Shown in pieces: positions 13,801 through 25,789 of a stretch of DNA of 64,000 nucleotides. Where the stretch lies: positions 296,546,001-296,610,000 of the forward strand of contig OZ024740.1 in the NCBI GenBank assembly GCA_964016885.1, in the 5' to 3' direction. A program made the position numbers and the translations under genes. Origin of the DNA: Eledone cirrhosa. Its lineage: Eukaryota. Each line of letters begins with the position of its first letter. Position 1 is the stretch's first letter. The notes below the pieces were generated by a model. That model saw only the letters and a list, made by a program, of their open reading frames with translations. It was not told the DNA's origin and did no database searches.

Positions 13801-15075
13801 TGGGTGATCCATTTTTTATTTGGGGGATCCATTTTTTATTTGGGGGATCCATTTTTTATTTGGGGGTTCCATTTTTTATTTGGGTGATCCATTTTTTTAT
13901 TTGGGGGATCCATTTTTTATTTAGGTGATCCATTTTTTAGTTGGGTGATCCATTTTTATTTGGGGGATCCATTTTTTATTTGTGTGATCCATTTTTTATT
14001 TGGCGGATCCATTTTTTATTTGGGGGATCCATTTTTTATTTGGGGATCCATTTTTTATTTAGGTGATCCATTTTTTAGTTGGGTGATCCATTTTTATTTG
14101 GGGGATCCATTTTTTATTTGTGTGATCCATTTTTTATTTGGCGGATCCATTTTTATTTGGGGGATCCATTTTTTATTTGCGTGATCCATTTTTTATTTGG
14201 CAGATCCATTTTTTATTTGGGGGATCCATTTTTTATTTGGGTGATCCATTTTTTATTTGGGGGATCCATTTTTTATTTGGGTGATACATTTTTTATTTGG
14301 GGGATCCATTTTTTATTTGGGTGATCCATTTTTTATTTGGGTGATCCATATTTTATTTGGGTGATCCATTTTTTATTTGGGGGATCCATTTTTTATTTGG
14401 GTGATCCAATTTTTTATTTGGGTGATCCATTTTTTATTTGGGTGATCCATTTTTTATTTGGGTGATCCATTTTTTATTTGGGGGATCCATTTTTATTTGG
14501 GTGATCCATTTTTGATTTGGGTGATCCATTTTTTATTTGGGGGATACATTTTTTATTTGGGTGATCCATTTTTTATTTGGGGGATCCATTTTTTATTTGG
14601 GAGATCCATTTTTGATTTGGGTGATCCATTTTTTATTTGGGTGATTCATTTTTTATTTGTTGGATCCATTTTTTATTTGGGGGATCCATTTTTATTTGGG
14701 GGACCCTATCTTTATTTGGGGGATCCATTTTACATTTGGGTGAACCATTTTTTATTTGGGTGATCCATTTTTTATTTGGTGGATCCATTTTTTATTTGGG
14801 GTATCCATTTTTAATTTGGGTGATCCATTTTTTATTTGGGGGATCCATTTTTTATTTGTTGGATCCATTTTTTATTTGGGGGATCCATTTTTTATTTGGG
14901 GGTTCCATTTTTTATTTGGGGGATCCATTTTACATTTGGGTGATCCATTTTTTATTTGGGTGATCCATTTTTTATTTGGGGGATCCATTTTTTATTTGGG
15001 GGATCCATTTTTTATTTGGGGGTTCCATTTTTTATTTGGGTGATCCATTTTTTATTTGGGGGATCCATTTTTTAT
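10870..15075 (+). repeat. Higher-order tandem duplication, 2 x 2098 bp
   Basis: Identical ORF translations at a constant offset of 2098 (11141/13239, 11847/13945, 12360/14458, 12658/14756). Confidence 0.92.
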
Positions 15076-16642
15076 TTAGGTGATCCATTTTTTAGTTGGG
15101 TGATCCATTTTTATTTGGGGGATCCATTTTTTATTTGTGTGATCCATTTTTTATTTGGCGGATCCATTCTTTATTTGGGGGATCCATTTTTTATTTGGGT
15201 GATCCATTTTTTATTTGGGTATCCATTTTTTATTAGGGTGATACATTTTTTATTTGGGGGATCCATTTTTTATTTGGGTGATCCATTTTTTATTTGGGTG
15301 ATCCATATTTTATTTGGGTGATCCATTTTTTATTTGGGTGATCCATTTTTTATTTGGGTGATCCATTTTTTATTTCGGAGATCCATTTTTTATTTGGGTG
15401 ATCCATTTTTTATTTGGGTGATCCATTTTTTATTTGGGGGATCCATTTTTTATTTGGGTGATCCATTTTTTATTTGGGGGATCCAGTTTTTGTTTGGGTG
15501 ATCCATTTTTTATTTGGGGGATCCATTTTTTATTTGGGTGATCCATATTTTATTTAGGGGATCCATTTTTTATTTGGGTGATCCATTTTTTATTTGGGTG
15601 ATCCATTTTTTATTTGGGTGATCCATTTTTTATTTTGGGGATCTATTTTTTATTTGGGTGATCCATTTTTTATTTGGGGGATCCATTTTTTTTTTGGTGA
15701 TCCATTTTTATTTGGGGATCCATTTTTTATTTGGGGGATCCATTTTTTATTTGGGTGATCCATTTTTTATTTGGGGGATCCATTTTTTATTTGGGTGATC
15801 CATTTTTAATTTGGGGATCCATTTTTTATTTGGGTGATCCATTTTTTATTTGGGGGATCCATTTTTTATTTGGGTGATCCATTTTTTATTTGGGGGATCC
15901 ATTTTGTATTTGGGTGATCCATTTTTTATTTGGGGGATCCATTTTTTATTTGGGGGATCCATTTTTTATTTGGGTGATCCACTTTTTATTTGGGTGATCC
16001 AATTTTTATTTGAGGGATCCATTTTTTATTTGGGTGATCCATTTTTTATTTGGGTGATCCATTATTTATTTGGGTGATCCATTTTCTATTTGGGTGATCC
16101 ATTTTTTATTTGGGGGATCCATTTTTTATTTGGATGATCCATTTTTTATTTGGGGGATCCATTTTTTATTAGGGCGATCCAATTTTTATTTGGGTGATCC
16201 ATTTTTTTATTGGGCGATACATTTTTTATTTGGGTGATCCATTTTTTATTTGGGGGATCCATTATTTATTTGTGTGATCCATTTTATATTTGGGGGATCC
16301 ATTTTTTATTTGGGTGATCCATTTTTTATTTTGGAGATCCATTTTTTATTTGGGGGATCCATTTTTTATTTGGGGGATCCATTTTTTATTTGGGTGATCC
16401 ATTTTTTATTTTGGAGATCCATTTTTTATTTGGGGGATCCATTTTTTATTTGGGTGATCCATTTTTTATTTGGGTGATCCATTTTTTATTTGTTGGATCC
16501 ATTTTTTATTTGGGGGATCCATTTTTTATTTGGGGGCTCCATTTTTTATTTGGGGGATCCATTTTACATTTGGGTGATCCATTTTTTATTTGGGTGATCC
16601 ATTTTTTATTTGGGGGTTCCATTTTTTATTTGGGGGATCCAT

Positions 16643-16717
16643 CAAATAAAAAATGGATCACCCAAATAAAAAATGGATCCCCCAAATAAAAAATGGATCC
16701 CCCAAATAAAAAATGGA
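16643..16717 (-). repeat. Inverted satellite A block, 75 bp
   Basis: Reverse-complement monomers with the same junctions. Confidence 0.95.
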
Positions 16718-17159
16718 TCCATTTTTTATTTGGGTGATACATTTTTTATTTGGGGGATCCATTTTTTATTTGGGTGATCCAGTTTTTGTTTGGGTGATCC
16801 ATTTTTTATTTGGGGGATCCATTTTTTATTTGGGTGATCCATATTTTATTTAGCGGATCGATTTTTTATTTGGGTGATCCAATTTTTATTTGGGTGATCC
16901 ATTCTTTATTTGGGTGATCCATTTTTTATTTTGGGGATCTATTTTTTATTTGGGTGATCCATTTTTTATTTGGGGATCCATTTTTTATTTGGGTGATCCA
17001 TTTTTTATTTGGGGGATCCATTTTTTATTTGGGGGATCCATTTTTTATTTGGGTGATCCATTTTTTATTTGGGGGATCCATTTTTTATTTGGGTGATCCA
17101 TTTTTTATTTGGGGGATCCATTTTTTATTTGGGGGGCCATTTTTTATTTGGGGATCCAT

Positions 17160-17234
17160 CAAATAAAAAATGGATCACCCAAATAAAAAATGGATCACCC
17201 AAATAAAAAATGGATCCCTCAAATAAAAAATGCA
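17160..17234 (-). repeat. Inverted satellite A block, 75 bp, CCTCAAAT subtype, right junction ATGCATCCAT
   Basis: Reverse-complement monomers; the palindrome centre is mutated. Confidence 0.95.
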
Positions 17235-18256
17235 TCCATTTTTTATTTGGGGGATCCATTTTTTATTTGGGGGTTCCATTTTCTATTTGGGGGATCCATT
17301 TTACATTTGGGTGATCCATTTTTTATTTGGGTGATCCATATTTTATTTGGGGGATCCATTTTTTATTTGGGGGATCCATTTTTTATTTGGGTGATCCATT
17401 TTTTATTTGGGGGATCCATTTTTTATTTAGGTGATCCATTCTTTAGTTGGGTGATCCATTTTTATTTGGGGGATCCATTTTTTATTTGTGTGATCCATTT
17501 TTTATTTGGCAGATCCATTTTTTATTTGGGGGATCCATTTTTTATTTGGGTGATCCATTTTTTATTTGGGGGATCCATTTTTTATTTGGGTTATACATTT
17601 TTTATTTGGGGGATCCATTTTTTATTTGGGTGATACATTTTTTATTTGGGTGATCCATATTTTATTTGGGTGATCCATTTTTTATTTGGGGGATCCATTT
17701 TTATTTGGGTGATCCATTTTTGATTTGGGTGATCCATTTTTTATTTGGGGGATCCATTTTTTATTTGGGAGATCCATTTTTGATTTGGGTGATCCATTTT
17801 TTATTTGGGTGATCCATTTTTTATTTGTTGGATCCATTTTTTATTTGGGGGATCCATTTTTATTTGGGGGACCCTATTTTTATTTGGGGGATCCATTTTA
17901 CATTTGGGGTATCCATTTTTTATTTGGGTGATCCATTTTTTATTTGGGGGATCCATTTTTTATTTGGGTGATCCATTTTTTATTTGGGTGATCCATTTTT
18001 TATTTGGGTGATCCATTTTTTATTTGTTGGATCCATTTTTTATTTGGTGGATCGACTTTTTATTTGGGGGTTCCATTTTTTATTTGGGGGATCCATTTTA
18101 CATTTGGGTGATCCATTTTTTATTTGGGTGATCCATTTTTTATTTGGGGGATCCATTTTTTATTTGGGTGATCCATTTTTTATTTGGGGGATCCATTTTT
18201 TATTTGGGTGATCCATTTTCTATTTGGGGGTTCCATTTTTTATTTGGGGGATCCAT

Positions 18257-18331
18257 CAAATAAAAAATGGATCACCCAAATAAAAAATGGATCACCCAAA
18301 TAAAAAATGGATCCCCCAAATAGAAAATGGA
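18257..18331 (-). repeat. Inverted satellite A block, 75 bp, TAGAAA subtype
   Basis: Reverse-complement monomers with the same junctions. Confidence 0.95.
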
Positions 18332-19156
18332 TCCATTTTTTATTTGGGTGATCCATATTTTATTTAGGGGATCCATTTTTTATTTGGGTGATCCATTTTT
18401 TATTTGGGTGATCCATTTTCTATTTGGGTGATCCATTTTTTATTTTGGGGATCTATTTTTTATTTGGGTGATCCATTTTTTATTTGGGGGATCCATTTTT
18501 TATTTGGGGGATCCATCTTTTATTTCGGGGATCCATTTTTTATATGGGGGATCCATTTTTTATTTGGGTGATCCATTTTTTATTTGGGGGATCCATTTTT
18601 TATTTGGGTGATCCATTTTTTATTTGGGGGATCCATTTTTTATTTGGGTGATCCATTTTTTATTTGGGGGTTCCATTTTTTATTTGGGTGATCCATTTTT
18701 TATTTGGGGGATCCATTTTGTATTTGGGTGATCCATTTTTTATTTGGGGGATCCATTTTTTATTTGGTGGATCCATTTTTTATTTGGGGTATCCATTTTT
18801 TATTTGGGTGATCCATTTTTTATTTGGGGGATCCATTTTTTATTTGGGTGATCCATTTTTTATTTGGGTGATCCATTTTTTATTTGGGTGATCCATTTTT
18901 TATTTGTTGGATCCATTTTTTATTAGGGGGATCCATTTTTTATTTGGGGGTTCCATTTTTTATTTGGGAGATCCATTTTACATTTGGGTGATCCATTTTT
19001 TATTTGGGTGATCCATTTTTTTGGGGGGGGATCCATTTTTTATTTGGGTGATCCATTTTTTATTTGGGGGATCCATTTTTTACTTGGGTGATCCATTTTT
19101 TATTTGGGGGATCCATTTTTTATTTGGGGGTTCCATTTTTTATTTGGGGGATCCAT

Positions 19157-19231
19157 CAAATAAAAAATGGATCACCCAAATAAAAAATGGATCACCCAAA
19201 TAAAAAATGGATCCCCAAAATAAAAAATGGA
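19157..19231 (-). repeat. Inverted satellite A block, 75 bp, CCCCAAAAT subtype
   Basis: Reverse-complement monomers with the same junctions. Confidence 0.95.
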
Positions 19232-19833
19232 TCCATTTTTTATTTGGGGGATCCATTTTTTATTTAGGTGATCCATTCTTTAGTTGGGTGATCCATTTTT
19301 ATTTGGGGGATCCATTTTTTATTTGTGTGATCCATTTTTTATTTGGCAGATCCATTTTTTATTTGGCCGATCCATTTTTTATCTGGGTGATCCATTTTTA
19401 ATTTGGGGGATCCATTTTTTATTTGGGTGATCCATTTTTTATTTGGGTGATCCATTTTTTATTTGGGTGATCCATTTTTTATTTGGTGGATCCATTTTTT
19501 ATTTGGGGTATCCATTTTTTATTTGGGTGATCCATTTTTTATTTGGGTGATCCATTTTTTATTTGGGTGATCCATTTTTTATTTGTTGGATCCATTTTTT
19601 ATTTGGGGGATCCATTTTTTATTTGGGGGTTCCATTTTTTTTGGGAGATCCATTTTACATTTGGGTGATCCATTTTTTATTTGGGTGATCCATTTTTTAT
19701 TTGGGGGATCCATTTTTTATTTGGGTGATCCATTTTTTATTTGGGGGATCCATTTTTTATTTGGGTGATCCATTTTTTATTTGGGGGATCCATTTTTTAT
19801 TTGGGGGTTCCATTTTTTATTTGGGGGATCCAT

Positions 19834-19888
19834 CAAATAAAAAATGGATCACCCAAATAAAAAATGGATCCCCCAAATAAAAAATGGA
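19834..19888 (-). repeat. Inverted satellite A block, 55 bp, right junction ATGGATGCAT
   Basis: Reverse-complement monomers; the palindrome centre is mutated. Confidence 0.95.
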
Positions 19889-20370
19889 TGCATTTTTTAT
19901 TTAGGTGATCCATTCTTTAGTTGGGTGATCCATTTTTATTTGGGGGATCCATTTTTTATTTGTGTGATCCATTTTTTATTTGGCAGATCCATTTTTTATT
20001 TGGGGGATCCATTTTTTATCTGGGTGATCCATTTTTAATTTGGGGGATCCATTTTTTATTTGGGTGATACATTTTTTATTTGGGGATCCATTTTTTATTT
20101 GGGTGATCCATTTTTTATTTGGGTGATCCTTTTTTTATTTGGTGGATCGACTTTTTATTTGGGGGTTCCATTTTTTATTTGGGGGATCCATTTTACATTT
20201 GGGTGATCCATTTTTTATTTGGGTGATCCATTTTTTATTTGGGTGATCCATTTTTTATTTGGGTGATCCATTTTTTATTTGGGGGATCCATTTTTTATTT
20301 GGGTGATCCATTTTCTATTTGGGGGATCGATTTTTTATTTGGAGGTTCCAGTTTTATTTGGGGGATCCAT

Positions 20371-20445
20371 CAAATAAAAAATGGATCACCCAAATAAAAA
20401 ATGGATCACCCAAATAAAAAATGGATCCCCCAAATAGAAAATGGA
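20371..20445 (-). repeat. Inverted satellite A block, 75 bp, TAGAAA subtype
   Basis: Reverse-complement monomers with the same junctions. Confidence 0.95.
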
Positions 20446-21289
20446 TCCATTTTTTATTTGGGTGATCCATATTTTATTTAGGGGATACATTTTTTATTTG
20501 GGTGATCCATTTTTTATTTGGGTGATCCATTTTTTATTTGGGTGATCCATTTTTTATTTTGGGGATCTATTTTTTATTTGGGTGATCCATTTTTTATTTG
20601 GGGGATCCATTTTTTATTTGGGGGATCCATTTTTTATTTGGGTGATCCATTTTTTATTTGGGGGATCCATTTTTTATTTGGGTGATCCATTTTTTATTTG
20701 GGGGATCCATTTTTTATTTGGGTGATCCATTTTTTATTTGGGGGATCCATTTTGTATTTGGGTGATCCATTTTTTATTTGGGGGATCCATTTTTTATTTG
20801 GGGGATCCATTTTTATTTGGGGCACCCTATTTTTATTTGGGGGATCCATTTTACATTTGGGTGATCCATTTTTTATTTGGGTGATCCATTTTTTATTTGG
20901 TGGATCCATTTTTTATTTGGGGTATCCATTTTTTATTTGGGTGATCCATTTTTTATTTGGGGGATCCATTCTTTATTTGGGTGATCCATTTTTTATTTGG
21001 GTGATCCATTTTTTATTTGGGTGATCCATTTTTTATTTGTTGGATCCATTTTTTATTTGGGGGATCCATTTTTTATTTGGGGGTTCCATTTTTTATTTGG
21101 GAGATCCATTTTACATTTGGGTGATCCATTTTTTATTTGGGTGATCCATTTTTTATTTGGGGGATCCATTTTTTATTTGGGTGATCCATTTTTTATTTGG
21201 GGGATCCATTTTTTATTTGGGTGATCCATTTTTTATTTGGGGGATCCATTTTTTATTTGGGGGTTCCATTTTTTATTTGGGGGATCCAT

Positions 21290-21364
21290 CAAATAAAAAA
21301 TGGATCACCGAAATAAAAAATGGATCACCCAAATAAAAAATGGATCCCCAAAATAAAAAATGGA
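21290..21364 (-). repeat. Inverted satellite A block, 75 bp, CCCCAAAAT subtype
   Basis: Reverse-complement monomers with the same junctions. Confidence 0.95.
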
Positions 21365-21948
21365 TCCATTTTTTATTTGGGGGATCCATTTTTTTATTTA
21401 GGTGATCCATTCTTTAGTTGGGTGATCCATTTTTATTTGGGGGATCCATTTTTTATTTGTGTGATCCATTTTTTATTTGGCAGATCCATTTTTTATTTGG
21501 GGGATCCATTTTTTATCTGGGTGATCCATTTTTAATTTGGGGGATCCATTTTTTATTTGGGTGATCCATTTTTTATTTGGGTGATCCATTTTTTATTTGG
21601 GTGATCCATTTTTTATTTGGTGGATCCATTTTTTATTTGGGGTATCCATTTTTTATTTGGGTGATCCATTTTTTATTTGGGTGATCCATTTTTTATTTGT
21701 TGGATCCATTTTTTATTTGGGGGATCCATTTTTTATTTGGGGGTTCCATTTTTTATTTGGGAGATCCATTTTACATTTGGGTGATCCATTTTTTATTTGG
21801 GGTATCCATTTTTTATTTGGGTGATCCATCTTTTATTTGGGTGATCCATTTTTTATTTGGGGGATCCATTTTTTATTTGGGTGATCCATTTTCTATTTGG
21901 GGGATCGATTTTTTATTTGGGGGTTCCAGTTTTATTTGGGGGATCCAT

Positions 21949-22023
21949 CAAATAAAAAATGGATCACCCAAATAAAAAATGGATCACCCAAATAAAAAAT
22001 GGATCCCCCAAATAGAAAATGGA
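21949..22023 (-). repeat. Inverted satellite A block, 75 bp, TAGAAA subtype
   Basis: Reverse-complement monomers with the same junctions. Confidence 0.95.
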
Positions 22024-22947
22024 TCCATTTTTTATTTGGGTGATCCATATTTTATTTAGGGGATACATTTTTTATTTGGGTGATCCATTTTTTATTTGGG
22101 TGATCCATTTTTTATTTGGGTGATCCATTTTTTATTTTGGGGATCTATTTTTTATTTGGGTGATCCATTTTTTATTTGGGGGATCCATTTTTTATTTGGG
22201 GGATCCATTTTTTATTTGGGGGATCCATTTTTTATATGGGGGATCCATTTTTTATTTGGGTGATCCATTTTTTATTTGGGGGATCCATTTTTTATTTGGG
22301 TGATCCATTTCTTATTTGGGGGATCCATTTTTTATTTGGGTGATCCATTTTTTATTTGGGGGATCCATTTTTTATTTGGGTGATCCATTTTTTATTTGGG
22401 GGATCCATTTTGTATTTGGGTGATCCATTTTTTATTTGGGGGATCCATTTTTTATTTGGGGGATCCATTTTTATTTGGGGCACCCTATTTTTATTTGGGG
22501 GATCCATTTTACATTTGGGTGATCCATTTTTTATTTGGGTGATCCATTTTTTATTTGGTGGATCCATTTTTTATTTGGGGTATCCATTTTTTATTTGGGT
22601 GATCCATTTTTTATTTGGGGGATCCATTCTTTATTTGGGTGATCCATTTTTTATTTGGGTGATCCATTTTTTATTTGGGTGATCCATTTTTTATTTGTTG
22701 GATCCATTTTTTATTTGGGGGATCCATTTTTTATTTGGGGGTTCCATTTTTTAATTGGGAGATCCATTTTACATTTGGGTGATCCATTTTTTATTTGGGT
22801 GACCCATTTTTTATTTGGGGGATCCATTTTTTATTTGGGTGATCCATTTTTTATTTGGGGGATCCATTTTTTATTTGGGTGATCCATTTTTTATTTGGGG
22901 GATCCATTTTTTATTTGGGGGTTCCATTTTTTATTTGGGGGATCCAT

Positions 22948-23022
22948 CAAATAAAAAATGGATCACCCAAATAAAAAATGGATCACCCAAATAAAAAATG
23001 GATCCCCAAAATAAAAAATGGA
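22948..23022 (-). repeat. Inverted satellite A block, 75 bp, CCCCAAAAT subtype
   Basis: Reverse-complement monomers with the same junctions. Confidence 0.95.
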
Positions 23023-24004
23023 TCCATTTTTTATTTGGGGGATCCATTTTTTATTTAGGTGATCCATTCTTTAGTTGGGTGATCCATTTTTATTTGGGGG
23101 ATCCATTTTTTATTTGTGTGATCCATTTTTTATTTGGCAGATCCATTTTTTATTTGGGGGATCCATTTTTTATCTGGGTGATCCATTTTTAATTTGGGGG
23201 ATCCATTTTTTATTTGGGTGATCCATTTTTTATTTGGGTGATCCATTTTTTATTTGGGTGATCCATTTTTTATTTGGTGGATCCATTTTTTATTTGGGGT
23301 ATCCATTTTTTATTTGGGTGATCCATTTTTTATTTGGGTGATCCATTTTTTATTTGTTGGATCCATTTTTTATTTGGGGGATCCATTTTTTATTTGGGGG
23401 TTCCATTTTTTATTTGGGAGATCCATTTTACATTTGGGTGATCCATTTTTTATTTGGGGTATCCATTTTTTATTTGGGTGATCCATTTTTTATTTGGGTG
23501 ATCCATTTTTTATTTGTTGGATCCATTTTTTATTTGGGGGATCCATTTTTTATTTGTTGGATCCATTTTTATTTGGGGGATCCATTTGTATTTGGGGGAC
23601 CCTATTTTTATTTGGGGGATCCATTTTACATTTGGGGTATCCATTTTTTATTTGGGTGATCCATTTTTTATTTGGGGGATCCATTTTTTATTTGGGTGAT
23701 CCATTTTTTATTTGGGTGATCCATTTTTTATTTGGGTGATCCATTTTTTATTTGTTGGATCCATTTTTTATTTGGTGGATCGACTTTTTATTTGGGGGTT
23801 CCATTTTTTATTTGGGGGATCCATTTTACATTTGGGTGATCCATTTTTTATTTGGGTGATCCATTTTTTATTTGGGGGATCCATTTTTTATTTGGGTGAT
23901 CCATTTTTTATTTGGGGGATCCATTTTTTATTTGGGTGATCCATTTTCTATTTGGGGTATCGATTTTTTATTTGGGGGTTCCATTTTTTATTTGGGGGAT
24001 CCAT

Positions 24005-24079
24005 CAAATAAAAAATGGATCACCCAAATAAAAAATGGATCACCCAAATAAAAAATGGATCCCCAAAATAAAAAATGGA
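24005..24079 (-). repeat. Inverted satellite A block, 75 bp, CCCCAAAAT subtype
   Basis: Reverse-complement monomers with the same junctions. Confidence 0.95.
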
Positions 24080-24683
24080 TCCATTTTTTATTTGGGGGAT
24101 CCATTTTTTATTTAGGTGATCCATTCTTTAGTTGGGTGATCCATTTTTATTTGGGGGATCCATTTTTTATTTGTGTGATCCATTTTTTATTTGGCAGATC
24201 CATTTTTTATTTGGGGGATCCATTTTTTATCTGGGTGATCCATTTTTAATTTGGGGGATCCATTTTTTATTTGGGTGATCCATTTTTTATTTGGGTGATC
24301 CATTTTTTATTTGGGTGATCCATTTTTTATTTGGTGGATCCATTTTTTATTTGGGGTATCCATTTTTTATTTGGGTGATCCATTTTTTATTTGGGTGATC
24401 CATTTTTTATTTGTTGGATCCATTTTTTATTTGGGGGATCCATTTTTTATTTGGGGGTTCCATTTTTTATTTGGGAGATCCATTTTACATTTGGGTGATC
24501 CATTTTTTATTTGGGTGATCCATTTTTTATTTGGGGGATCCATTTTTTATTTGGGGGATCCATTTTTTATTTGGGTGATCCATTTTTTATTTGGGGGATC
24601 CATTTTTTATTTGGGTGATCCATTTTTTATTTGGGGGATCCATTTTTTATTTGGGGGTTCCATTTTTTATTTGGGGGATCCAT

Positions 24684-24738
24684 CAAATAAAAAATGGATC
24701 ACCCAAATAAAAAATGGATCCCCCAAATAAAAAATGGA
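24684..24738 (-). repeat. Inverted satellite A block, 55 bp, the last one in the window
   Basis: Reverse-complement monomers with the same junctions. Confidence 0.95.
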
Positions 24739-25769
24739 TCCATTTTTTATTTGGGGGATCCATTTTTTATTTAGGTGATCCATTCTTTAGTTGGGTGATC
24801 CATTTTTATTTGGGGGATCCATTTTTTATTTGTGTGATCCATTTTTTATTTGGCAGATCCATTTTTTATTTGGGGGATCCATTTTTTATCTGGGTGATCC
24901 ATTTTTAATTTGGGGGATCCATTTTTTATTTGGGTGATACATTTTTTATTTGGGGATCCATTTTTTATTTGGGTGATCCATTTTTTATTTGGGTGATCCA
25001 TATATTATTTGGGTGATCCATTTTTTATTTGGGGGATCCATTTTTTATTTGGGTGATCCAATTTTTTATTTGGGTGATCCATTTTTTATTTGGGGGATCC
25101 ATTTTTTATTTGGGTGAACCTTTTTTTATTTGGGTGATCCATTTTTTATTTGGGTGATCCATTTTTTATTTGGGGGATCCATTTTTTATTTGGGTGATCC
25201 ATTTTTGATTTGGGTGATCCATTTTTTATTTGGGGGATCCATTTTTTATTTGGGTGATCCATTTTTTATTTGGGGGGATCCATTTTTTATTTGGGAGATC
25301 CATTTTTGATTTGGGTGATCCATTTTTTATTTGGGTGATCCATTTTTTATTTGTTGGATCCATTTTTATTTGGGGGATCCATTTGTATTTGGGGGACCCT
25401 ATTTTTATTTGGGGGATCCATTTTACATTTGGGTGATCCATTTTTTATTTGGGTGATCCATTTTTTATTTGGTGGATCCATTTTTTATTTGGGGTATCCA
25501 TTTTTTATTTGGGTGATCCATTTTTTATTTGGGGGATCCATTTTTTATTTGGGTGACCCATTTTTTATTTGGGGGATCCATTTTTTATTTGGGTGATCCA
25601 TATTTTATTTAGGGGATCCATTTTTTATTTGGGTGATCCATTTTTTATTTGGGGGATCCATTTTTTATTTGGGTGATCCATTTTTTATTTGGGGGATCCA
25701 TTTTTTATTTGGGGGATCCATTTTTTATTTGGGTGATCCATTTTTTATTTGGGGATCCATTTTTTATTT

Positions 25770-25789
25770 GGGTGATTCGTTTTATATTT
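25770..25789 (+). other. Hybrid monomer at the A/B satellite junction (GGGTGATTCGTTTTATATTT)
   Basis: A-like start (GGGTGAT) and B-like CG-T-tract end. Lies in register between the last A monomer and the first GGGTGCCCCG monomer. Confidence 0.85.

Larger units (their letters stand above)
20240..23480 (+). repeat. Higher-order tandem duplication, about 1.6-1.66 kb x 2, each copy holding two inverted blocks
   Basis: ORFs 20698/22356 and inverted blocks 21290/22948 are offset by 1658; blocks 20371/21949 are offset by 1578. Confidence 0.8.
1..25769 (+). repeat. Satellite A: 20-bp tandem repeat GGG(T/G)GATCCATTTTTTATTT, about 1,290 monomers, running off the left edge of the window
   Basis: The 20-bp period is directly visible (three monomers per 60-nt line). 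Two main variants, GGGTGATCCA and GGGGGATCCA, with scattered substitutions and 19/21-bp monomers. Copy number is length divided by 20. Confidence 0.99.

Noticed and set aside
671-24738. Inverted blocks as MITE or foldback transposon ends
   Set aside because: They consist only of satellite sequence, with no internal unique sequence or recognisable target-site duplications.
59-25596. Many + strand ORFs encoding GDPFFIWVIHFLFGGSIFYL-like repeats
   Set aside because: Three 20-bp monomers give a 20-aa period that appears in all three frames. ORF ends depend only on where the TGA of GGGTGA falls in frame, and there is no coding signature.
1-25769. GATC clusters as a bacterial oriC/SeqA or iteron region
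   Set aside because: About 1,300 tandem copies with no DnaA boxes or rep gene fits satellite DNA instead.
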